32,000 nt of DNA from Okeania sp. (GCF_035285525.1 NZ_JAYKGW010000135.1:11714-43713); one strand, 5' to 3'; positions 8,559-19,507 are shown, counted from the first letter of the stretch. Notes: generated by a model from the letters alone, not told the origin. Numbers and translations are program-made.

Positions 8559-10211
8559 TTGTCAGCACAAATATATCAAAAACAAATCAAAGCCCCCATT
8601 TTAAAGGGGGATTTAGGGGGATTAATCTTCACAACAGCTTTGCTATTAGGATTAGGATTAGGATTAAATATAATGCCAGTCAAAGCTGTAGAAAAACATA
8701 ATAAATTACTGAAAATAGGAATTATCCAAAGATTTGGTACTAAACCAACAGATAAAATTATTCTTGAAGCTATTCCTGGAGATAAATTAACTTTGCGGTT
8801 TAAAACTCCAGCAGGGGAAGAAACTCTGACTACTGAAAAACTAGAATTAAAAATTAAAATGAAACCTCTAGAAAAACCTCTCTTAAAAGAGCGGTTAATT
8901 CTTAGTAGTCACCGTAGTTATGAAAATGCTGAACAAGATGCCCAGTTCTGGAAAAATCAAGGAATAGAAGTAGAAGTAGCTCAACCAAAAAGATGGAATG
9001 TTTGGGCAAAAAGAGATGTCTATAAAACTCCTTTATTACGACGGTTGCTATTAGAAAGTATACAAGATCATAATAATACAAATGTCTATCTTGAACTAAA
9101 AGCTTTAAAACAAAAACCTACAGCTTACTGGGAGATGAATGGCTATACTTATCATCGCCATGAACTACATATTACTGCTGGGAAAAATGAATTTATTATC
9201 AATAATCAATTTAACCAAGATACAACTAAACCAGAAAAACGACGTTATGCTGGTTCCTTAAAATTAGAACCTAATGCTTATGGTTCTTACACATTAGTGA
9301 ATAATGTACCAATAGAAACTTATATTCGAGGAGTAGTACCCCATGAATTAGGTTCTTGGCCACCAAAAGCATCTTTAGAAGCTCAAACTATTTTAGCTAG
9401 AACTTATGCACTCAAAAATTTACATCGGTTTGCAGTTGATAATTATGAATTGTGCGCTAATACTCACTGTCAAGTTTATAAAGGATTAGATGTCTACCCA
9501 GAAACAGATGCAGCAGTAGCATCAACTAGGGGAAAAGTGCTAACTTATGAAAACCAATTAATAGATGCAGTTTATTCTGCTGTTAGTGGGGGTATTACCG
9601 CAGATTTTAATGATTTATGGAATGGTGAAGAACGTCCTTATTTACAACCTGTTCTTGATGCGACTAATAATGTTTGGGATTTATCTCAAAATAGTTTAGC
9701 TTCTGAAGAAAATTTCCGTAAGTTTATGAGTATTAAAAAAGGATTTAATGAAGAAAGTTGGAGAGAATTTCGTTGGCGAGAAGTTGTTAGTTCACCAGGA
9801 ATAGTTAAATATTTAAAAAGTTATTTTCAAGGAAAAAAAAGCCCTTTTGCTCAATTGCAAAAAATTAAAAAAGTGGAAGTAACGGAGCGATCGCCTGCTG
9901 GTCGTGTTTTGAAAATGACCGTAGAAACGGATATAGGAATTATAGAATTAAATAAAGATGAAGTACAAAATGCTTTTTGGGTTCCTTGGAGTACATTATT
10001 TTATGTAGACCCTATATACAGACCAGACCAAACTTTGTGGGGTTATGCTTTTATTGGGGGTGGATTTGGACATGGAGTAGGTTTGTCTCAGAAGGGATCT
10101 ATTAAACTTGCTGAGTTAGGTTGGAGTAGCGATCGCATCCTCGGTTTTTATTTTCCCGGAACTGAAGTCCAATCTCTCAGTGAGTTAGTTACTCTTGAAC
10201 AAAAAGAATAA
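8559..10211 (+). CDS. SpoIID/LytB-domain protein (secreted cell-wall amidase enhancer family)
   Basis: 550 aa with a signal-like segment LIFTTALLLGLGLGLNIMPVKA. The core is SpoIID-like: YIRGVVPHELGSWPPKASLEAQTILARTYAL...CANTHCQVYKG...AVYSAVSGGITA...GGGFGHGVGLSQKG. The track start is TTG and the first 25 codons overlap a CCCCC/GGGGG hairpin repeat, so the exact start is uncertain. Confidence 0.85.
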   Translation: MSAQIYQKQIKAPILKGDLGGLIFTTALLLGLGLGLNIMPVKAVEKHNKLLKIGIIQRFGTKPTDKIILEAIPGDKLTLRFKTPAGEETLTTEKLELKIKMKPLEKPLLKERLILSSHRSYENAEQDAQFWKNQGIEVEVAQPKRWNVWAKRDVYKTPLLRRLLLESIQDHNNTNVYLELKALKQKPTAYWEMNGYTYHRHELHITAGKNEFIINNQFNQDTTKPEKRRYAGSLKLEPNAYGSYTLVNNVPIETYIRGVVPHELGSWPPKASLEAQTILARTYALKNLHRFAVDNYELCANTHCQVYKGLDVYPETDAAVASTRGKVLTYENQLIDAVYSAVSGGITADFNDLWNGEERPYLQPVLDATNNVWDLSQNSLASEENFRKFMSIKKGFNEESWREFRWREVVSSPGIVKYLKSYFQGKKSPFAQLQKIKKVEVTERSPAGRVLKMTVETDIGIIELNKDEVQNAFWVPWSTLFYVDPIYRPDQTLWGYAFIGGGFGHGVGLSQKGSIKLAELGWSSDRILGFYFPGTEVQSLSELVTLEQKE

Positions 10212-10236
10212 TAGCGATCAAAACAAAATATATTGG

Positions 10237-10270
10237 TTGTTTATAGTTAATAGAAATTAACTATAAACAA
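10237..10270. terminator. Perfect 15-bp-stem hairpin between convergent genes (candidate bidirectional terminator)
   Basis: TTGTTTATAGTTAAT-agaa-ATTAACTATAAACAA. A/T runs lie on both sides, though they are not immediately adjacent. Confidence 0.45.
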
Positions 10271-10313
10271 TCAAAAAATTTTAAATTATTTCACATTCTC
10301 AGATAATTGATAA

Positions 10314-10622
10314 TTAACTTATATTTTCTTCTTGGTGAGTCATAATAGTGCAGTCTTTTTTAGGATAAGCTACACAAGTTAGTACATATCCTGCACTGAT
10401 CTGATCATCATCTAAGAATGACTGATCGCTTTGATCTAAAAAGTCATCTGCGTTACCTTCTACCTTTCCTGTGCAACTTGAGCAAGCACCTGCACGACAG
10501 GAGTAAGGTAGATCTAAACCTGCTTCTTCCGCAGCATCAAGAATATATGTATCATCTGGACAATCAATAGTTTGATTAATTCCTTCTGCTTCATTAATCA
10601 GAGTAACTTTATATGTAGCCAT
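10314..10622 (-). CDS. Plant-type [2Fe-2S] ferredoxin, variant with a 3-residue insertion after the cluster-binding loop
   Basis: 102 aa: [14 protein letters not shown]...[36 protein letters not shown]...LTCVAYP. The CX4CX2C...C ligands are present. The segment [16 protein letters not shown] is longer than the canonical GK..SG.VDQSDQ. Confidence 0.9.
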   Translation of the reverse strand: MATYKVTLINEAEGINQTIDCPDDTYILDAAEEAGLDLPYSCRAGACSSCTGKVEGNADDFLDQSDQSFLDDDQISAGYVLTCVAYPKKDCTIMTHQEENIS

Positions 10623-10679
10623 CTTATTTTTCTCTCAAAATTGGTATATTGATTGATTTAAAATTGTCAACTAAAGTCT

Positions 10680-11042
<363 letters not shown>

Positions 11043-11378
11043 TTAAATCAGAAAAATTTATCAACTCTAATCAATTATTGTATTAAATAAGCTGTAGAAA
11101 ATTGTCATACTGAACTTTTCAATTTTCTGGAAAACAAGTATAAGGATTGTGCAAGATAACCAGCAATTCTCACACAACTCTTGGTATATGTGAGAATTAC
11201 TTTTTTGCTACCTTCCACTACTTAAATGTCTTAGAATTTATCTACCCTTTCCTATCTTTTCGTCAAATAATTTTGCTTTTTGCAACAGTCGAAAATCTAA
11301 GATATCTAAGATTGACAAATTATTTTTTAGACTCTTATGGATCAATCAGGTTTAACAAATTCCTACAGTAGTTAATAA

Positions 11379-11669
<291 letters not shown>

Positions 11670-12109
11670 TTAATCTTCCTCTCTGGAGTTTATATTTATA
11701 ATTTAAACTTATACAAATTACTAGGCTTGATTACCTAGAATCTTTGTACTTGTTTTTTTTCTAACTTTGATATTAAAGGAAAAAAGCCAAGTTGTAAAAC
11801 CTATTATATTCAAAATTACTATAGAATTTATTATAAATAATTCTAATTTAATCTTAATTACTTATATTTACTTGGCCAATTATATCAGTTTAAATATTTG
11901 GGACATAAATTATATCACGAATATATCAAAAGCAAATCAAAGTCTGCCATAAGAGAGACGAGAAACCCGGCTTCTTTAAAAAAGACGAGAAACCGGGTTT
12001 CTAGGATATCCAAAGAAACCCAGTTTATTTGGCTCTCCAATACCTTTATATTCGTCTCCTGTCTTCTGACTCCTTCTGCCAAAAATACAATATTCACAAC
12101 AGCTTTGCT

Positions 12110-13177
12110 ATGACTCAGATAAATATTTCTCCATCAGACTCTCCATCACCCCATCACCCCATTACCCCATCACCTTTTTGCCCCACTATCCCAATTAGAA
12201 TTGGTATTGTGGGAACTGGTTACGCTGCTAAGGCTAGAGCTGAGGCATTAAAACGAGATGAGCTATCCCTTGCGAATGCTGTGCAAACGCTGTTAGTCAC
12301 CATTACAGGCCATACCCCAGAAAAAACCGAAGAATTTAGTCAAACTTTCCAAGTCCAGAGTACAGCCTCTTGGCAACAACTGGTAGAACGAGAAGATTTA
12401 GATTTAGTCATTATTTCTACTATTAATAGAGATCATGGAGCGATCGCTCGTGCTGCTCTGGAAAATGACAAGCATATTATAGTAGAATATCCTCTTTCTC
12501 TAGACCCAAGTGAAGCCGAATCATTAATATCTCTAGCAGCCAAAAAAAATAAATTATTGCACGTTGAACATATCGAACTTCTTGGTGGCCTCCACAATGC
12601 CATCAAAGAATCTTTGCCCCAAATTGGTAAAATTTTCTACGCTCGCTACGTCACAATTAATTCTAAACAACCTGCCCCCGAAAAATGGACTTATCGCTCT
12701 TCACTATTTGGCTTTCCTTTTGTCGGAGCGCTTTCTCGTCTGCATCGGTTTACCGATCTATTTGGTAAAGTTAATACTGTTAATTGTCAAAGTCAGTTTT
12801 GGTACAGAGAAGTTGACTTTTATAAAGCCTGTTTATGTACTGTTCAGTTAAGGTTTAATAATAATGTAATTGGGGAAGTTGTTTATGGCAAAGGGGAAAC
12901 TTTTTGGCAATCAGAAAACCTCTTTACTCTGTACGGCGAAAAAGGTACATTAATTTTTACTCCCCAACAAGGTCAACTATTACAAGGAGAAAAAATACAA
13001 ACTATAGAAGTGGGTTCTAGGCGTGGTTTATTTGCTAAAGATACAAAGATGGTAATTGAAAATTTGTTAAATGGAACTCCTTTATATGTAACTCCAGAAG
13101 CAAGTTTATATACTTTAAAAGTTGCTGATTATAGTAGAAAATCATCAGAAACGGGAACAACTCTTGAAGTTAAATAA
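12110..13177 (+). CDS. bvdR: Gfo/Idh/MocA-family NAD(P)-dependent oxidoreductase, probable biliverdin reductase
   Basis: The ATG at 12110 is preferred over the track start at 12029, which lies in repeat DNA. The Rossmann motif is IRIGIVGTGYAAKARAEAL. The segment LLHVEHIELLGGLHNAI...GKIFYARYVTI....PAPEKWTY....FGFPFVGALSRLHRFTDLFG closely matches my recollection of Synechocystis BvdR. N-terminal residues SPSPHHPITPSP are encoded by a (CCCATCA)n heptamer repeat (12143-12174). Confidence 0.6.
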   Translation: MTQINISPSDSPSPHHPITPSPFCPTIPIRIGIVGTGYAAKARAEALKRDELSLANAVQTLLVTITGHTPEKTEEFSQTFQVQSTASWQQLVEREDLDLVIISTINRDHGAIARAALENDKHIIVEYPLSLDPSEAESLISLAAKKNKLLHVEHIELLGGLHNAIKESLPQIGKIFYARYVTINSKQPAPEKWTYRSSLFGFPFVGALSRLHRFTDLFGKVNTVNCQSQFWYREVDFYKACLCTVQLRFNNNVIGEVVYGKGETFWQSENLFTLYGEKGTLIFTPQQGQLLQGEKIQTIEVGSRRGLFAKDTKMVIENLLNGTPLYVTPEASLYTLKVADYSRKSSETGTTLEVK

Positions 13178-13210
13178 ATAAGGGAATAGGGAATGGGCAA
13201 TAGTTTCATC

Positions 13211-13399
13211 ACACCCAGAAACCCGGTTTCTTATAGCGCTTTTCAAATGAATGAACCACATCGTCATAACCAAAATGTTGTAGGGACGTTGCATGCAACG
13301 TCCCTACTGTGGTTTACCGAGATGAAAAGCGCTGTAACACCCAGAAACCCAGCTTCACAATACCCAGAAACCCGGTTTCTTGAAGAAACCGGGTTTCTC
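13211..13399. repeat. Composite palindromic repeat element (family E/F)
   Basis: AGAAACC-C-GGTTTCT hairpins flank an inverted repeat (AGCGCTTTTCAAATGAATGAACCACA / TGTGGTTTACCGAGATGAAAAGCGCT). That inverted repeat surrounds the palindrome GTAGGGACGTTGCATGCAACGTCCCTAC. The track ORF 13193..13420 is built entirely from this element. Confidence 0.55.
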
Positions 13400-13450
13400 T
13401 GTGACAGCCGTTATTGCTAATTAGTCATCTTCAGATGACTTTAGCTTTGA

Positions 13451-13479
13451 GCCAAGGAATTAATTCCTTGGCGGTTTTT
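13451..13479 (+). terminator. Perfect 22-bp palindrome followed by a T-run (terminator-like)
   Basis: GCCAAGGAATTAATTCCTTGGC followed by GGTTTTT. It lies between the convergent bvdR-like gene and the transporter-HEAT gene, and is preceded by a second small hairpin AGTCATCTTCAGATGACT (13423-13440). Confidence 0.4.
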
Positions 13480-13505
13480 GCTAATAGCTGATAGCTATAG
13501 CTAAC

Positions 13506-16500
13506 TTAACCAATACCAAAATCAACAATCATTTGTTCCACTTGAGCAGCTACCAGAGGGTTGGGGTCATTTCTCAAATTAGGTAATAATTCCACCAATG
13601 CACGTTGAGATGCCATCTTCAAATAAGCCAAAGCTGCCTCCCGCACAAAACCAGTAGGGTGACGTAAACAAACCAAAGTTTGTTCCGCCGTTAAACTCCA
13701 ACGAGCTGCACGAGCCATCTGTAAACAGCAAGCCAAAGCCCAGTCAGACAGAAAATGACGCAAATCTAAAAGATACCGTAGGCGATCGCTAGGAGCCATT
13801 GGTTGATAAATCACCATCTCAGATAAACTATTTAATTTGCCTTTATAGCTATGTTGATCCAAAATTTCAATCAGCGATCGCTTAGAAGAAATATCTACAG
13901 TATTATCCAAAATTTCCAAACCACGGGCCACATTTGAACGGGAGTCTGACTTAATATTAAAAGCTGCTGCCTGAATCGAACTCAATGGATAAAGAAACTT
14001 CATTAATAAAAAACATTGTTCTATAGCATCTGACTCCAGTAATCGTAAAGACTGCAAAAATATTTCTTTACAATCAACTATCATTCCTATATTACTTTCC
14101 TCTAAACAACCACGATACTGAGAATTAGTTGAACGAATATCTACTTCAGATAAATCTACTATACCTGCATATACCTGTCCCAAGAACATTAATTCTTGCT
14201 CTACTAAAATTTCAATTCCACTGCGACCAACTCGTGCCAGTACCCCTTCTATTCCCACTTCTCCTGGCATTTTCAATAATTTGCGGAGAATATTATGACG
14301 TATTGCCCCCCAAGATGTCATCATTCTATTTACCAGAGAATCTAGTGCTTCTGCTGTACCAATTTCACTAATAACAGTCCAAGCTTGTAATCGTAATAGT
14401 TCTGACTTATTGCTATCATTAGCTAACTTAACTAACATAGGAATAGCATCATTTCCCAATCTTACCAATGCTTGTAATGCCGCTTCTCTAGTTGACTTGT
14501 ATGACAATCCCCGTAATAATGAAGGATAGTAACTTTCCAAATGAGTAGAAGCAATTACATCCATACAATACTTTCGCACTCGTAATGACTCATCCTGTAA
14601 TAAACTAGGTACATACAGTCGTAACCCTTGCAAATAATCTGCTTCTCCCAAGGCACGAACCCCCATTACTCTTTCCTTTTCCACTTTAGAAGTAATCATC
14701 CGGCGTAAAACATTAGTGGCCTCAGCTTTTTGCTCTATGTCTCCTTTACGCATAATTAAAGCTGCTGCCGTACCTCTCACTACTGCATCTACTGAAGGTT
14801 GTAAATAAGGACGCAACTGATTAACATCTGGTTTTGACTCTGTAAGCCAAATATAGCGCAAAGCCAAAGCCAATACTTCTGGTGGTAATGACGACTTGGT
14901 TAACTGTTTTACTTGTTGGAGATAAGCTGGATTAGGATGATTTAACATTGCTTCCAGACTTTGGCATTGTAGTGCCGTTGACATTGTATGTAGCAGCGGA
15001 GCCAATATTTCCCCTAGATTTTTTTGGTCTATTTGATTCAATAGCTCAATGCAAGAACGTTTATTTTCTTCTGAAGTACCTTTCTCTAAAGTTTCTACTA
15101 CTGAGCGTTTTAAACTACGGATATCTACATCTGAGACATTAAATCTTCCTTTCCCGGCACTTTTGACTAACAAACCTACATATTGAGTTCTAATTAACCA
15201 TATTATTCCTATCCATAACAAACCAGATATGATTATCGCTATAACAAATATCAGACCTTGTTGGTTTTCAAATAACCCTTTTTCATTAGTGTCCAATATT
15301 AATTTAGATAACCAGAGAATTAGTAATATTATGAACCCACTCAAACCAGTCGAAAATGGTTCTGCGACTCCATTTACCATAGTTTGAACATCACTACGAA
15401 TATTTTCTGGTAGAGGTTGGAATAAAACTGGTCCGGTAGTTTCTATTAATGTGTAGTGTAATAATTCATCTAAAAATCTCAGAATTACTAATCCTATAAA
15501 TACTGAAAATAATCCTGTTATTGCACCTGTAAAAGAAAATAATCCTAAAACTATTGCCCCTATTGGTAAGATCATTGCTGTACCAAAAACACCTATTCTT
15601 TCTACCAAACGACTAGAGGCAAACCATTGAGTTGCTACTTGAAAACTACTTAAAATTCCCTCAAATAAACCTAAGAAACTTGCTATTTCACTAGCTTTAT
15701 CAATAGTATCGTTTTGCAATTCTAATTCTAGTTGATAAAAGAATTGAAAGTCTATTAATACATATAAAACTTCTGCTATGACAAAAAATGTGATTAATGG
15801 CAGTATATAAACTTTGAGAGGACCTTTTATTCTGCGAGTGGAAAATTCTTCTTCATCATCCTCTGGTATCCAACGACTAGAATCGGGAAAAGATTGTTGA
15901 TATCTCTCTGATAAATATAATAGGATTCCCGACCCTGATACTATCATTAATCCTGATAATATTGTGACATTATTTAATGACACAAAATACAGCATTACAG
16001 GTAAAGAGAATCCACTAATTACTCCTGCTACTAAAAAACCACTACTGATGATTGGATATGTTCGTTTAATTTCCCTAATATTAAATAATTGATTAGCTGT
16101 GATTGAAGTATTCAAATCGTTAAGTAAGTAACAAGCTTCTACCCATAACCACATCATAAAAGTAGTCAGAAAAGCTAAACTTAGACCAGCTATCTTGATA
16201 TTTTCAATACCAATTCCAAACCTAAATAAGAATAAAGGAATTGCAATTAGTAATAAAATTACTACTATTACTCGGCGCAAAGGCATAACTTTTTGGAGCC
16301 AGGAATAGACAAAACCTAAACCTGAACCGATGCCAGCACTAGCAATATATATCCAAGGTAGTTTGTCGGCACCATATTGGTCTAAGAATAGACTAACTGT
16401 ACTCAGTTCTAACCAAACTAATCCTACGGAAGTAAGAGTGTATACCAAAAACATGAGTAGGGTTCGCTCTACTTCCTCATAACGAAGATTTAGAAATTTT

Positions 16501-16550
16501 AATAATCTATTTCCTAATCCTGTATAACTGTTTAAACTTCTCAGTTCCAT
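13506..16550 (-). CDS. Multi-pass transporter domain (MFS / ATP:ADP-antiporter-like) fused to a long C-terminal HEAT-repeat (PBS-lyase-like) domain
   Basis: 1014 aa. The first ~460 aa contain about 11-12 hydrophobic helices (e.g. LLMFLVYTLTSVGLVWL, WIYIASAGIGSGLGFVY, IISSGFLVAGVISGFSL). The remaining ~550 aa have repeated HEAT-like patterns (..VR..A..AL..LG....IP.L..L..D.., e.g. ESLRVRKYCMDVIAS, TREAALQALVRLGNDAIPMLVKLAND, GFVREAALAYLK...LLPNLRNDPNPLV). Confidence 0.7.
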   Translation of the reverse strand: MELRSLNSYTGLGNRLLKFLNLRYEEVERTLLMFLVYTLTSVGLVWLELSTVSLFLDQYGADKLPWIYIASAGIGSGLGFVYSWLQKVMPLRRVIVVILLLIAIPLFLFRFGIGIENIKIAGLSLAFLTTFMMWLWVEACYLLNDLNTSITANQLFNIREIKRTYPIISSGFLVAGVISGFSLPVMLYFVSLNNVTILSGLMIVSGSGILLYLSERYQQSFPDSSRWIPEDDEEEFSTRRIKGPLKVYILPLITFFVIAEVLYVLIDFQFFYQLELELQNDTIDKASEIASFLGLFEGILSSFQVATQWFASSRLVERIGVFGTAMILPIGAIVLGLFSFTGAITGLFSVFIGLVILRFLDELLHYTLIETTGPVLFQPLPENIRSDVQTMVNGVAEPFSTGLSGFIILLILWLSKLILDTNEKGLFENQQGLIFVIAIIISGLLWIGIIWLIRTQYVGLLVKSAGKGRFNVSDVDIRSLKRSVVETLEKGTSEENKRSCIELLNQIDQKNLGEILAPLLHTMSTALQCQSLEAMLNHPNPAYLQQVKQLTKSSLPPEVLALALRYIWLTESKPDVNQLRPYLQPSVDAVVRGTAAALIMRKGDIEQKAEATNVLRRMITSKVEKERVMGVRALGEADYLQGLRLYVPSLLQDESLRVRKYCMDVIASTHLESYYPSLLRGLSYKSTREAALQALVRLGNDAIPMLVKLANDSNKSELLRLQAWTVISEIGTAEALDSLVNRMMTSWGAIRHNILRKLLKMPGEVGIEGVLARVGRSGIEILVEQELMFLGQVYAGIVDLSEVDIRSTNSQYRGCLEESNIGMIVDCKEIFLQSLRLLESDAIEQCFLLMKFLYPLSSIQAAAFNIKSDSRSNVARGLEILDNTVDISSKRSLIEILDQHSYKGKLNSLSEMVIYQPMAPSDRLRYLLDLRHFLSDWALACCLQMARAARWSLTAEQTLVCLRHPTGFVREAALAYLKMASQRALVELLPNLRNDPNPLVAAQVEQMIVDFGIG

Positions 16551-17011
16551 GTAGTTTACTGAATAACTTTCAATAATTAATAATTAATAATTAATAATTA
16601 CCTCTTCTTTTATTAAGTAAGAAGAGGATTGGCTAAAAGAATTTTTTTATTCTTTTGGTTGATATTTTTCTATCAGGCAGTAAGGAAAAAGGTGATTATA
16701 AACTCATCTGATTCAGATTGAATTAATCAATTATTTTGGTTATTCTTTAGTAGCTTTACTTAGTTTAAAAAAAGTTAAGCATTCAGCCATCAGCTATTAA
16801 TAAGAAGAGAAGGTAAAAGCAATTTATAAATTGACAGATAATTAAAAGTTACTGCCAAGGCAAGTTCCTTTAACCTTAGAAAAAATTATTCATTATTTGC
16901 TGTTAATATAGTAATATAGTTATTCCTAAAAAGGAAATTCATTAACAGCGAAGAGACCTTGTGCTTAAGGACACAATTTCAATAAATATGAATTCTAATG
17001 TCAAGTTAACT

Positions 17012-17110
17012 GGCTTTTGTAGCAAGATTTTTCTGGATCAATAAATAATATAATAAAGCTTCCATCGCGGACTAAAAGCAATAGCTGAGACCTGAGAGCT
17101 GAATGCTTAG
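17012..17110. repeat. Dispersed repeat family B, copy B1
   Basis: TTTTGTAGCAAGATTTTTCTGGATCAATAAAT...ATAAAGCTT...AAAAGCAATAGCTGAGA..GCTGAATGCTTAG. It aligns by eye with 23430-23563, 23975-24068 and 25303-25410. Confidence 0.45.
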
Positions 17111-17308
17111 ATATTTTTTTGGACTTTTATAGCGTTTCCCAGAGTTATAAGGCACATTTATAATTTTCAATTTTCTCCTATTTTTTATTCCCTTTTCCCA
17201 GTTAAATTTTCAGTTGTAGGGAAAATTTTGTACCTCACAAGTATGGGAATTGCTATAATATAGGTTAGTAACAGTTGTCAATACTTTAGAGTATACAAAA
17301 CTTACTTT

Positions 17309-17842
17309 TTAGGACTTTTTAGGAGATAACAACATCATCATACTGCGTCCTTCCTTTTTAGGAGCTTGTTGAACCTCCGCTAAATCTTTTAAATCTGTTG
17401 CCATACGTTGCAATAATTCTTCTGCTAGGTTACTATGTTGTATCTCCCGACCCCGGAACATAATAGTAGCCTTGACTTTATCACCAGATTCGAGAAAGCG
17501 CTTGGCATGAGATAAGCGGACATTATAGTCATGCTCCTCAATTTTATAGCGCATCTTTACTTCCTTAACTTCTGCATTGTGTTGTTTGGCTTCCTGTACT
17601 TTCTTTCTCTTTTTCTGCTCAAACAGATACTTACCATAATCAACTATTCTACAAACTGGTGGATCGGCTTTATCACTGACCATAACCAGATCGAGACCTT
17701 TTTCCTCGGCCATCCGCAAGGCTTCTCTTGTTTCTACAATTCCCAATTGCTGGCCATCTGCATCAACAGCCCTAACTTTAGGAACTCTAATTTTTTCGTT
17801 AACTTGAGGGACATTACGATTATTTTTTCTTTCGATTGGCAT
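17309..17842 (-). CDS. infC: Translation initiation factor IF-3
   Basis: 177 aa: [65 protein letters not shown]...[44 protein letters not shown]. This is an unmistakable IF-3. The start is ATG here. Confidence 0.95.
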   Translation of the reverse strand: MPIERKNNRNVPQVNEKIRVPKVRAVDADGQQLGIVETREALRMAEEKGLDLVMVSDKADPPVCRIVDYGKYLFEQKKRKKVQEAKQHNAEVKEVKMRYKIEEHDYNVRLSHAKRFLESGDKVKATIMFRGREIQHSNLAEELLQRMATDLKDLAEVQQAPKKEGRSMMMLLSPKKS

Positions 17843-18360
17843 TAATTAAGATGATTAAAATTATTATTTAGAGGGACATCCGTACCGAATTAGGTTACGG
17901 TATTTACATAATTTCGACTTTTACTGTTCTACTAAACTTACCCAAAGTAGAGTTTTTTGTTATAGAAGCCTAGGTTTTCTGTTTCACTTATAACTTCTAA
18001 CTAGGATCTGTAACCTAAATTTTAGACCCAAGCTGAAATTTAGTAGTAAATTAAGCTACTATGGCTTTTAATTTGGTTCAGAAAACTTTGCTAATCTAAC
18101 TTTTTCTCGACTATTTTCGGGACATTTGTTTGAGTTTAATAGATTTACTTGACTGTTTTTTTTACAGTTTACCCTCTGGGTATTATACAATAGTTTAGTA
18201 TAGGATTTCAAGCCTTAAGTTGAATTAAATACTAAAAAGGGAATAGGGAGTAGGGAGTAGAGAGTAGGAAGTAGAAGGAAAAAAATGATAATTTCTATGC
18301 CAAATTAGTAACGCTACAAATCTTTTTTTGAGAAATAAAAAATAAATTAAAGTAATCCTA

Positions 18361-18450
18361 GAACAGGGAACAGGGAGAAAGAATTGATGATTTCTGGATA
18401 AGATAGGAGATTTATAATAGTAATGTGTAATTAATTTGGCATAAGTACTT
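18361..18450. repeat. Dispersed repeat family D, copy 2
   Basis: (GGGAACA)n followed by GATGATTTCTGGATAAGATAGGAGATTTATAATAGTAATGTGTAATTAATTT. A partial third copy, with (GGGAGTA)n and ATGATAATTTCT, lies at 18238-18300. Confidence 0.5.
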
Positions 18451-18562
18451 ATACTTGAAAACTGGCAAAATTACTTTTCTTGATAACTGAATTAACCAAA
18501 TATCAAGTATTTGCTCGAACAAATAATATTTAAAAATAGAAAGTCCAAATATAGCAAAGTTT

Positions 18563-19507
18563 ATGATAATTGGTATGGGTCATAATACTAGGGACTGGGA
18601 AGAAAAAATAGGTAATCAACGAGACTGGGTATGGCGAGGATGGAAAGTTCGCTACACTTATTCTCGGTGTAAAAATAATCAGGAGACTTTAGCGGGGGAT
18701 AAGTTAGCTAATCCTCCTCTTCTTCTTTTACATGGTTTTGGGGCATCAATAGGCCATTGGCGACATAATATTAATGTCTTAACTGAAAAACATACGGTCT
18801 ATGCTTTGGACTTATTGGGTTTTGGTGCTTCTGAAAAGGCGATCGCTAATTACGATAGTAGTTTTTGGGTAGAGCAAGTATATGAGTTTTGGCAGACTTT
18901 TATTGGAGTACCTGTAATATTGGTGGGTAACTCGACTGGTTCATTAATTTCTCTGGTTGCTGCTGCTACTTATCCAGATATGGTTACAGGGTTGATAATG
19001 ATTAGTCTACCGGATCCAATGGCTCAAGCTGAATTAATTCCACCTAAGTTTTTACCTACTGTTGAGTTTATTCAAAATATGGTTGCTTCTCCATTTCTGT
19101 TAAGGGCTTTATTTTTTATTGTTCGTAAGCCTGCGGTTATCCGTCGGTGGGTTAAATTTGCCTATTATAATGGGGATTTAATTACGGATGAATTGGTGGA
19201 CATCTTGGCAAGGCCACCTAGAGACCGGGGTGCTGCCCGTGCTTTTTGTATTGTATTTAAGATTATGGGTAGTACTAAATTGGGGCCTAGTGTGAAGGCG
19301 GTACTTCCTACTTTGAAGGTTCCGATTTTATTAATTTGGGGTAAGCAGGATTTATTGATTCCTCCGAAGTTGGCTAATCCTAGTCAGTTTACTGAACTTA
19401 ATCCTCGTTTGGAGTTAGTAGAATTGGATAATGCTGGTCATTGTGCCCATGATGAATGTCCGGAAATTGTTAATGGTTTAATTCTTGATTGGGTGGTTAA
19501 TATTTAA
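18563..19507 (+). CDS. Alpha/beta-fold hydrolase
   Basis: 314 aa with PLLLLHGFGASIGHWRHN, nucleophile elbow LVGNSTGSL, and C-terminal catalytic His context NAGHCAHDECPE. The first ~12 codons overlap a repeat motif (see findings), so the true start may be the ATG at 18575. Confidence 0.8.
   Translation: MIIGMGHNTRDWEEKIGNQRDWVWRGWKVRYTYSRCKNNQETLAGDKLANPPLLLLHGFGASIGHWRHNINVLTEKHTVYALDLLGFGASEKAIANYDSSFWVEQVYEFWQTFIGVPVILVGNSTGSLISLVAAATYPDMVTGLIMISLPDPMAQAELIPPKFLPTVEFIQNMVASPFLLRALFFIVRKPAVIRRWVKFAYYNGDLITDELVDILARPPRDRGAARAFCIVFKIMGSTKLGPSVKAVLPTLKVPILLIWGKQDLLIPPKLANPSQFTELNPRLELVELDNAGHCAHDECPEIVNGLILDWVVNI

Noticed and set aside
11767-12113. Three overlapping short ORFs (11767..11952 +, 11898..12113 +, 11915..12097 -) and the long N-terminal extension of ORF 12029..13177
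   Set aside because: The region is AT-rich spacer plus AGAAACC(C/G)GGTTTCT hairpin repeats. The oxidoreductase's Rossmann fold begins soon after the ATG at 12110.
13193-13420. 75-aa + strand ORF
   Set aside because: It is built entirely from the AGAAACCCGGTTTCT hairpins and the GTAGGGACGTTGCATGCAACGTCCCTAC palindrome. It is repeat DNA, not coding.
17840-17842. Non-canonical (AUU-type) start codon for infC, as in E. coli
   Set aside because: The ORF begins with a normal ATG (complement of 17842-17840), so there is no evidence here for the autoregulatory AUU start.
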